From the NCBI GenBank assembly GCA_023432985.1, contig JAEZEQ010000065.1, forward strand, positions 12 through 64,011: a stretch of DNA of 64,000 bases. The letters run 5' to 3'. This DNA comes from Bacteroidota bacterium. Lineage in GTDB: Bacteria; Bacteroidota; Bacteroidia; CAIKAF01. Positions 9,014-16,636 of the stretch are shown piece after piece. Both the position numbers and the translations under genes were made by a program. Positions within the stretch are counted from its first letter, which is position 1. Each line of letters starts with the position of its first letter. The notes beneath the pieces are model-generated. The model worked only from the letters and a program-made list of their open reading frames with translations, made no database searches and was not told the origin of the DNA.

Positions 9014-9712
9014 ATGAAAATAGATATTAGCTTTAATGTTTTTACCGACGCCAATGGTGGCGACCCTGATAGTACAAGTCAGACCCTTCGAACTTATCAT
9101 ACATTATTATGGAGCAAAAGATTGCCAAATGGGAAGTATTTTGAATTGGATATGAATAAAAAGGGATATTATTTATGGCATAATTCAGAGCTTGGGAACT
9201 TTCATTTGGGGAGTGATTCGATAACGCATTCGTATAGAAATCAGAAAAGGAAACAATGGTTGATCAAACAAATTCCAAATGAGGTAGACGAACTTTTTGA
9301 TGCCGGTTCAACTATTGGAGCCTTTATTCTTTTTCCTAAAAATAAAATAGACAATAAGTTTACAATCAACCAAGCCCGTGGTGTTATTGGCTTAATTGAC
9401 GACAGGTTTGATTTAACCCTGGAGTGTATTCGGCTTTTTTACGATAGGCAAAAGAGCCCACTTTACGACACATTTTCAAGATACAAGGACTTCTTTGATT
9501 TATTTGAGACCTTTAGCGGATATGTCGATTATTTTTTGCTGAACGATTTACTTGATGCCAATGGAAATATAAAATTTTATATGCCTTTTGATCAATTCAG
9601 GACTAAGCCAACATTTCAGAACGTAGACGATTATTTGAAGTACAAAAATGGCGTAATGGATTTCATAAAAGCACGCAACAAGCGCATAGACGAGTATGCA
9701 AAGTCACTGTAG
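9014..9712 (+). CDS. Hypothetical protein with no recognisable domain, in a very AT-rich segment
   Basis: 232-aa clean ORF with AT-rich intergenic regions on both sides; no signal peptide or TM helix. Confidence 0.5.
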   Translation: MKIDISFNVFTDANGGDPDSTSQTLRTYHTLLWSKRLPNGKYFELDMNKKGYYLWHNSELGNFHLGSDSITHSYRNQKRKQWLIKQIPNEVDELFDAGSTIGAFILFPKNKIDNKFTINQARGVIGLIDDRFDLTLECIRLFYDRQKSPLYDTFSRYKDFFDLFETFSGYVDYFLLNDLLDANGNIKFYMPFDQFRTKPTFQNVDDYLKYKNGVMDFIKARNKRIDEYAKSL

Positions 9713-10040
9713 ATAAAATAGATTGTGCGCCAACTACCAATTTTGGTTAAATTGCTCCAATCTGCTAAATTCGTACAAATTTAGCAAGAGCCTTGAAACC
9801 AATCTTATTTTATCTGCCATGTAGTAAATATCCAAAACCTTGTAAAGGATTTAATCGAATTAAATTTACTTCCAATGTGAATTTTTAAAGGTATAATTAT
9901 TTATATTATGAGCAGTTTTTATGAAGGCTGCATATGCGGACAAAGAGAATTTTATAGGAGAGTTAGTATACAAAATGGTGATAATAAGAATTGAAATTGT
10001 AATTTAGAAACCTGAAAATAAACGAAAAGACAAATACGAA

Positions 10041-11828
10041 ATGAGCTTAAATACACAATCACTGCAACCCGTTATCAACTTCCTTTGGACAGTTGCGGAT
10101 GATGTTTTGGTAAATACCTACCAAAAAGGAAAATACAAAGATGTTATCCTGCCAATGGTGGTTATTCGCAGACTGGACTTGCTTTTAGAACCCACCAAAG
10201 AACAGGTTTTAAAGACTTTCAATGAATACAAATCCAAACTTCAAAACTTGGACAGCTTGCTGACCAACAGCAAACACGGTTCTGGTTTGGCATTTTACAA
10301 TACTTCAAAGTTTACTCTGAAAAAACTGCTTGACGACCCGAAAAATCTGCGGAGCAATTTTGAAAATTACCTGAATGGCTTTTCTGAAAATGTGCAGGAC
10401 ATCATCAAACAATTTAAATTCAGGAATGAAATTGAAACCTTGGACGAAGCAGACATTCTGTTTTCATTGATTGAAAAATTCTGTTCTCCGAAAGTGGAAT
10501 TACACCCCGACAAGTTGCCACCCTTGGCAATGGGTTATGTATATGAAGATTTGGTAAGACGATTTAACGAAGAAAACAACGAAGAAGCTGGAGAACACTT
10601 TACGCCAAGGGAAATCATTGATTTGATGACGCACCTTGTTTTCTTGCCGGTGAAAGACAAAATTAAGCAAGGAACTTATTTGATTTACGACCCTTGTGTG
10701 GGTAGCGGTGGAATGCTCACCATTGCCAAAAACTTTTTGCTCAATCCAGACGGACTGATTAAAAGCAATGCCACCGTTCATTTATACGGACAGGAAAGCA
10801 CGCCTTTCATTTATGCGACTTGCAAAAGCGATATGCTGATAAAAGGCGAAGACCCCGACAAAATTGCGTATGGCAGCACCTTGAGTGCTTATGGTTTTGA
10901 CAAAGATTTGAAGTTTGACTTCATGCTTACCAATCCGCCTTATGGAAAGACCTGGGCACCTGATAAAAAAGCATTAGGCATTGGCCCCAAAGGTGCCATC
11001 ATTGACAAACGCTTTATGCTGAAAGGCAGCTACAAAGAAGAAGCCGTTACCAGCCGTGTGAATGACGGACAGTTGATGTTTGTATTGCACATGCTTAGCA
11101 AAATGAAAGATACCGAACTCGGTAGCCGTATTGCCTCGGTTCATAATGGTTCGGCTTTGTTTACAGGTGATGCAGGACAAGGCGAAAGCGAAATTCGCAA
11201 ATACATCATCGAAAACGATTTGTTGGAAGCTATTGTAGCATTACCCAACGATATGTTTTACAATACGGGCATTCCAACCTACATTTTCCTTTTTACCAAC
11301 CGAAAAGCCAAAAACCGAAAAGGCAAAGTGCAATTGATAAATGCTACTTCCGAAAAATTTTATTACAAAATGCGGAAGCCATTAGGCAAAAAACGTGTTG
11401 AATTTTCATCAGAACATATTCCTGTAATTGAGAAAATGTTTTTAAATTTTGAAGAAAATGAATACAGCAAAATATTTGATAATGAAGATTTCGGGTATGC
11501 ACAAATAACAGTGCACCGACCTTTGAAAGACGAGAAAGGCAAAATTGTAACCGACAGTAAAGGCAAACCAAAGCCCGACCCAAAACTAAAGAACACCGAA
11601 AACATTCCGTTGAAAGAAGATATACAGGAATTTTTTGAACGTGAAGTGCTACCTTTTGCTCCTGATGCTTGGTGGGAAAAGAAAGATACCAAAATTGGCT
11701 ATGAAATAAACTTTGCCAAATACTTCTATAAACACCAACCTCCTCGTCCTCTGTCAGAAATTGCCAAAGACATTTTTGCCATTGAGCAGGAAACAGACGG
11801 CTTATTAAAGGATATTGTAAAAGGATGA
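10041..11828 (+). CDS. hsdM: Type I restriction-modification system DNA methyltransferase subunit HsdM (N6-adenine)
   Basis: Motif I DPCVGSGGML; motif IV LTNPPYGKTW; HsdM-type N-terminal domain (LWTVADDVL); 595 aa. Confidence 0.92.
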   Translation: MSLNTQSLQPVINFLWTVADDVLVNTYQKGKYKDVILPMVVIRRLDLLLEPTKEQVLKTFNEYKSKLQNLDSLLTNSKHGSGLAFYNTSKFTLKKLLDDPKNLRSNFENYLNGFSENVQDIIKQFKFRNEIETLDEADILFSLIEKFCSPKVELHPDKLPPLAMGYVYEDLVRRFNEENNEEAGEHFTPREIIDLMTHLVFLPVKDKIKQGTYLIYDPCVGSGGMLTIAKNFLLNPDGLIKSNATVHLYGQESTPFIYATCKSDMLIKGEDPDKIAYGSTLSAYGFDKDLKFDFMLTNPPYGKTWAPDKKALGIGPKGAIIDKRFMLKGSYKEEAVTSRVNDGQLMFVLHMLSKMKDTELGSRIASVHNGSALFTGDAGQGESEIRKYIIENDLLEAIVALPNDMFYNTGIPTYIFLFTNRKAKNRKGKVQLINATSEKFYYKMRKPLGKKRVEFSSEHIPVIEKMFLNFEENEYSKIFDNEDFGYAQITVHRPLKDEKGKIVTDSKGKPKPDPKLKNTENIPLKEDIQEFFEREVLPFAPDAWWEKKDTKIGYEINFAKYFYKHQPPRPLSEIAKDIFAIEQETDGLLKDIVKG

Positions 11829-11947
11829 TAAATATAAACTATTTAAAAGCGAAACGCCCCCTTGCTGGAGGCGTCAGACCAAAGATGCTATCTTTAGTGT
11901 TGTTCTTGGATGCAAATTTAATGAAATAAAATTTTAATTTCCAAACG

Positions 11948-12568
11948 ATGTCTGAAAAAAAAGAAAGAGTTGTAGCTTATATCGATGGTTTTAATCTCTA
12001 TTTTGGCATGAGAGAAGCGGGATTTGACCAGTGCAGATGGTTGAATGTAAAAGAATTGGTAAGTAGTTTGTTAAAACCTAATCAGGAATTAGTTGGTGTA
12101 AAATATTTTACAAGCAGAGTAAGTAATAACCCGGACAAACAAAAAAGACAATCTACCTATATTGATGCGTTGGAAAGTACAGGAGCGGAAATTTTTTATG
12201 GTAATTATCAGGATGGCTCAGAAGAATGTAAACGTTGCGGACATGTTTGGCGCACTGCCAAAGAAAAAATGACGGATGTAAATATTGCCACCGCAATTAT
12301 AGTAGATGCTTATAAAAACGAATACGACATGGCCATGCTTATTTCGGGTGATAGTGATTTAACACCACCCATTAAGGCTGTGCATAGCTTATTTACAGAT
12401 AAAAGAGTGTTTATAGCTTTTCCTCCCAAACGACACAATAGCTCTATGGCATTGGTAGCCAAAGGCTCCATGATGATAGGCAGAAAAAAACTGGTAGATG
12501 CGCAGTTTGATGATGAAGTCATAAGCAAAACAGGATTCAAACTTAAAAGGCCAACGGAATGGAAATAA
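11948..12568 (+). CDS. NYN/PIN-like domain protein (predicted RNase fold) with a CxxC-H insertion, inserted between hsdM and hsdS
   Basis: VAYIDGFNLYFG is the NYN N-terminal acidic motif. LISGDSDLTP is the second acidic motif. CKRCGHVW is a Zn-knuckle-like insert. 206 aa. The 3' end overlaps the hsdS start by 10 nt. Confidence 0.6.
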   Translation: MSEKKERVVAYIDGFNLYFGMREAGFDQCRWLNVKELVSSLLKPNQELVGVKYFTSRVSNNPDKQKRQSTYIDALESTGAEIFYGNYQDGSEECKRCGHVWRTAKEKMTDVNIATAIIVDAYKNEYDMAMLISGDSDLTPPIKAVHSLFTDKRVFIAFPPKRHNSSMALVAKGSMMIGRKKLVDAQFDDEVISKTGFKLKRPTEWK

Positions 12569-13830
12569 TGGAATCGAGACATACAAAAACCGCTTGGTTG
12601 GGTGAAGTGCCGTCTCATTGGGAAATAAAAAGACTTGGTGGTTTGTTTGAGGAAAGAAATGAAATCGTTTCTGAAAATGATTATGCGCCATTATCAGTAA
12701 CTATGAAAGGCATAGTTCCCCAATTAGAAAGCGCAGCAAAAACTATGCATGTTGATAACAGAAAAAAAGTTTGCGTTGGAGATTTTGCAATAAACAGTAG
12801 AAGTGACAGAAGAGGTTCTGGTGGCTTATCTTTTTATGAGGGATCTGTTTCTATCGTGAATACTGTTTTAAAGCCTAGTAAGTTCTACGTTCATGAGTAT
12901 ACTCACTACTTACTTACCAATAAACTGTTTCAAGATGAATACTATGCTAAAGGCAAAGGAATAGTTGCCGACATGTGGTCAACAAGATTTTCAGAAATGA
13001 AAACAATTTATCTTCCTGTTCCGCCCAAAGACGAGCAAGACGAAATTGTGCAATACATCAAAGCACAAGAAGAAAAGATAAACCTGTTTATACAAAAGAA
13101 GCAACGATTTATTGAGTTGTTGAAGGAGCAGAGGCAGAGAGTGATAACACTTGCGGTAACTAAAGGAATTAAAAATGAACAGTTAAAAGATAGTCAAATA
13201 GATTGGCTTGGTGAAATTCCTAAAAGTTGGGAAAGGACTGCATTAAAAAGACTAGTTAAAATAAAAATTACTGATGGCCCTCACGAAAGCCCTGTTTTTG
13301 CAGATGAAGGAATTCCGTTTGTGTCAGCAGAAGCATCTGTGAATGGGAGAATAGACCTAAATAGAAAGCGTTGTGATATTTCTAAAGAATTGCATGAGGA
13401 ATATTGTAAAAAGGCAAAAGCAGAATTTGGCGATATTTTAATGGTTAAATCAGGCTCAACTACAGGAAAAATTGCAATTGTAGACTTTCATGATGAATTC
13501 AGCATTTGGTCACCACTAGCACTAATACGACCAAATGAAAGTATTAACAATGAATTTCTTTTTTATAGTTTGTCATCAAATTACTTTCAAAAACAAGTTC
13601 AATTAAACTGGTCTTTTGGAACGCAACCAAATATTGGAATGGGTAAAATTGAACAATTAATTGTTTTGTATCCCAATTCACTTGAAGAACAAAAGCAAAT
13701 CGTATCACACATAAAAACCGAAACCGCCACCTTAGACACTGCCATAGCCAAAGCCGAAAGGGAAATTGAACTTATTCGGGAATACAAGGAAGCTATGATA
13801 GCTGAGGCGGTGATGGGGAAAAGAAAATAA
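12559..13830 (+). CDS. hsdS: Type I restriction-modification system specificity subunit HsdS (two target recognition domains)
   Basis: Two variable TRDs separated by, and ending with, conserved coiled-coil regions (IYLPVPPKDEQDEIVQYI...; LEEQKQIVSHIKTETATLDTAIAKAEREIELIREYKEAMIAEAV); 423 aa. Confidence 0.88.
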   Translation: MEIMESRHTKTAWLGEVPSHWEIKRLGGLFEERNEIVSENDYAPLSVTMKGIVPQLESAAKTMHVDNRKKVCVGDFAINSRSDRRGSGGLSFYEGSVSIVNTVLKPSKFYVHEYTHYLLTNKLFQDEYYAKGKGIVADMWSTRFSEMKTIYLPVPPKDEQDEIVQYIKAQEEKINLFIQKKQRFIELLKEQRQRVITLAVTKGIKNEQLKDSQIDWLGEIPKSWERTALKRLVKIKITDGPHESPVFADEGIPFVSAEASVNGRIDLNRKRCDISKELHEEYCKKAKAEFGDILMVKSGSTTGKIAIVDFHDEFSIWSPLALIRPNESINNEFLFYSLSSNYFQKQVQLNWSFGTQPNIGMGKIEQLIVLYPNSLEEQKQIVSHIKTETATLDTAIAKAEREIELIREYKEAMIAEAVMGKRK

Positions 13831-13834
13831 ATTG

Positions 13835-14077
13835 ATGCCAATGGAGAAAAATAAAATACCAGCCGTTTTTAAAGAGGACTTACAAAAGTTACTCCAAGCC
13901 ATTAATGAAATGGAACCGATTGAAAAAGGGGAAAGACTTTGTAAATTTTGTTCTAAGGTTATTTCATTGGAAAATATTCAACTAATTATTCCAAGACAAG
14001 CAAACACTTTTGATTTCATCTGTGACAGCCCCGTTTGTGTGGAAGAGTATAACCGCAAAAAAGAAATTAAGAAATGA
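13835..14077 (+). CDS. Small Cys-rich (CxxC...Cx4C) putative zinc-ribbon protein
   Basis: 80 aa; CKFC and CDSPVC pairs. It starts 5 nt after the hsdS stop, and its stop overlaps the next start (ATGA). Confidence 0.45.
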   Translation: MPMEKNKIPAVFKEDLQKLLQAINEMEPIEKGERLCKFCSKVISLENIQLIIPRQANTFDFICDSPVCVEEYNRKKEIKK

Positions 14078-16626
14078 ATAAATTAGTTGAATTCATACTC
14101 ATTTACATTCCGCTTTCAGCTTTACTGGTTTTAGCAGGAATATTTTTAGGCGGTGAGGTTTGGGCAAAAGGTAAAGTTGTTTTAGGCGACATACTCAAGT
14201 TTTTTGGCTGGGCTGGAAGTAGTGTAAGAAAACTGAGTGTAAAAAGCGAGTATGAGGGAACTATCAATTCGATAATTCAAGACTATAATAAAAACTTTGA
14301 AAACCCAATTTTGCCCAATTGTAAAATAGAATGGGTTACACCAGAAAATCAACGAAACATTCTGAGAGAAGGCGAAGCAATCATTTGTTTGAGCTTTGAT
14401 AAAAAAGACCACAACCTTAACTTTTATAATGCCACTTTAAATTTTGTTCAAACTGGATTAATCGCAAAAGCAAAGGACTATTTGAACAAGTCATCATCAA
14501 AGGCAATTGACTTACTTACAACTCACATAATTTTAAGAAACAACCGAAAAGAAGTTCTTACAACTTTCCGTAAAAAACTAACTGAATTTGATGATGAGAC
14601 TAAAAAGGAGTTTGAAACACTTGCTCCAACAAACGACAAAGGACTTTTCCTAAATATTCTATTGCCCGAATTTCATTTTTACGGTGAACTCATAGACACT
14701 TTACCGCCAAGTTCAGAATACAATACCGAAGCAAACGGTTTGTTTCATTGGTTCAAAGAATTGGCAACAAGAGAGTTTGACGAAAGAACCAATCTCAAAT
14801 ACATTTCAAAAAATTTAAAGGTTGGTGTAATACTCGTTGGTAAAGATGAAACTTGGGAAAGCCAAGGTGCAGCAGCATACACAAAATGGGCTGACTATTA
14901 CGCTACTGAAAACTACAATTCTGTTTATGTTTTGGCAAGAGGCAGCAACGGCTATGAAAGAGCAACAACAGTTACTAAAATCTTAACCCACTTAAAAGGA
15001 TTTGACCAAATAAATAAAAACCCAAAAATTAAATGTGTTTCGGCAGAAGGTCAGGAATATATTGTTACATGTTATTCTCTTAGACCAAACAAAGCAACGA
15101 TTGCGTATTTGGCTTGGGAAAGTTTCAAAGAACACAATGCAAATGGAAGTTTAGTTCCTGCAATTGTTGATAGCGTTCAAAAAGAAACGGTGGTAGTAAA
15201 CGCATTCGGATTGAAGTTTGAACTTTCAAACAATTTACTTTCTGATATAGAAATTTCAGATGCACGTAAAGTTTTTAAAGTTGAAGATGAGCTTTATTTG
15301 ACCATTGCAGAGTTTGACAGCGACAAACAACACTTAGTTCTATCAAACAAAGGAACAGTTTCCGACCCTAAACATTTTATTGAAGCCGTATTAAATGAAG
15401 ACAAAGTTTACGCTTGTAAAGTTGAAAGAGTTCAGATTGATAAACAAGGATTACAAAGCGGATTGAAAGTTTCAACACCCGAATTGAAACATTGGGTTTA
15501 CATTCCAAAATTTAAAGCGACACCGAGTAGGTTTCTCGACCTGACAACTAAGTTTCCATCAGGAACGGAAGTAAGTGTGATAATTGATAACTACTCTTCT
15601 TTTTCTTCCAACTTCGTGGGCTATTTAGAAACACTAACTGACCCATGGGAAAGCATCACCTTTAATAAACTACAGCCACATGATATTTTAAATGTGACAG
15701 TAAAGCAGATTAATGAATTTTCAGTAATCTGTGAGATTGAAGAAGGTCTTGAATGTGGCTTTTCAAAACAAGAAATTTCATGGAAACCTGAGGAATGCAA
15801 TACTTCAAAATTTAAAGTTGACGATAAGATTGAAGTAAAAGTCGTTGAAATTGATACAGACAAAAAGCGAATTGATGTTTCGATTAAACGACTTTCTAAA
15901 ACACCTGAATTGGAATACTTTGATGCGAATTCAAACAAGGTTGTTGAAGTTGAAATTGCCAAAGTTGTTCCTGAAAAGGGCATAGCAGTAAAATATCCAG
16001 GAAGCACAAATACTGGATTTATTCATTGGTTTGAAATTGGTTATGGTTCGGTTGGCAGGTTTGAAAACATCTACAAACAAGGTGATAAGATTAAAGCAGT
16101 TGTATCAGAATTTGATGCTGAGAAGAACAGTCTAAAGTTTAGTATCAAAAGACAATTCACTCACCAATTTGACGAATGGGCTGCTGCAATTGATGATAAC
16201 GCCTCATTAAAAGGAAAAGTAATTGGCTACTTTGAAAATGGAGCACAGATTGAATTAACTCAAAACGGCTTTACCGTTCAGGCGTTTATTTTGAGAAAGT
16301 TTGTTTCCAATTTCGCTTTTGTTGAAAGTGGCGATTTGCCACATTACTTGCAAATTGGAGAAACCTTTCATTTCTACATTCTTGAAATTAATGAAGACCG
16401 CAAAACCATTTCATTAATAAGAACAGAATATTTAGAACAATCAGAAGAGCCGAATTATGGCGAAAAAATCAAAGTAAAGTATGTGAAGGAAAACCACTCA
16501 AAGGGTTACTTCTATTCTGATGAATTGGAAGGCTGGACAAGCATTCCTGAAAAAGGTATAAAGTTAGGTTCAACAATAGAAGTAATACCAGTTTCACATT
16601 CAACAGGCGAGTATGAAATTGTTTAA
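14074..16626 (+). CDS. Large membrane-anchored protein: one N-terminal TM helix, about 400 aa of unknown globular region, then three or more tandem S1/OB-fold nucleic-acid-binding domains
   Basis: N-terminal hydrophobic helix (FILIYIPLSALLVLAGIFLGG). S1-type domain C-terminal signatures recur at KVDDKIEVKVVEIDTDKKRIDVSIKRL, KQGDKIKAVVSEFDAEKNSLKFSIKRQ and FHFYILEINEDRKTISLIRTEY. No P-loop or known nuclease motif recognised. 850 aa. Sits between hsdS and hsdR on the same strand with gaps of 11 nt or less. Confidence 0.6.
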   Translation: MNKLVEFILIYIPLSALLVLAGIFLGGEVWAKGKVVLGDILKFFGWAGSSVRKLSVKSEYEGTINSIIQDYNKNFENPILPNCKIEWVTPENQRNILREGEAIICLSFDKKDHNLNFYNATLNFVQTGLIAKAKDYLNKSSSKAIDLLTTHIILRNNRKEVLTTFRKKLTEFDDETKKEFETLAPTNDKGLFLNILLPEFHFYGELIDTLPPSSEYNTEANGLFHWFKELATREFDERTNLKYISKNLKVGVILVGKDETWESQGAAAYTKWADYYATENYNSVYVLARGSNGYERATTVTKILTHLKGFDQINKNPKIKCVSAEGQEYIVTCYSLRPNKATIAYLAWESFKEHNANGSLVPAIVDSVQKETVVVNAFGLKFELSNNLLSDIEISDARKVFKVEDELYLTIAEFDSDKQHLVLSNKGTVSDPKHFIEAVLNEDKVYACKVERVQIDKQGLQSGLKVSTPELKHWVYIPKFKATPSRFLDLTTKFPSGTEVSVIIDNYSSFSSNFVGYLETLTDPWESITFNKLQPHDILNVTVKQINEFSVICEIEEGLECGFSKQEISWKPEECNTSKFKVDDKIEVKVVEIDTDKKRIDVSIKRLSKTPELEYFDANSNKVVEVEIAKVVPEKGIAVKYPGSTNTGFIHWFEIGYGSVGRFENIYKQGDKIKAVVSEFDAEKNSLKFSIKRQFTHQFDEWAAAIDDNASLKGKVIGYFENGAQIELTQNGFTVQAFILRKFVSNFAFVESGDLPHYLQIGETFHFYILEINEDRKTISLIRTEYLEQSEEPNYGEKIKVKYVKENHSKGYFYSDELEGWTSIPEKGIKLGSTIEVIPVSHSTGEYEIV

Positions 16627-16636
16627 TAGAGTTTAA

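Noticed and set aside
9720-10040. Explicit Bacteroidetes sigma-A promoter (-33 TTG / -7 TAnnTTTG) calls upstream of hsdM, the peptidase gene and the DUF2341 gene
   Set aside because: Only imperfect matches were found by eye (for example TAATTTAG, TAGTTTTA). This is too weak to annotate without a TSS.
12559-13830. Phase-variable hsdS (inverted partial hsdS copies or a shufflon)
   Set aside because: I looked for a second, inverted hsdS-like fragment or invertase gene near the operon. None was found, and the hsdS is a single intact two-TRD gene.
14074-16626. Possibility that the 850-aa ORF is a frameshifted or fused HsdR/HsdS fragment
   Set aside because: It has no helicase, nuclease or TRD motifs, and an intact 1002-aa hsdR follows immediately. 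Its S1 repeats and TM helix are unrelated to Hsd subunits.
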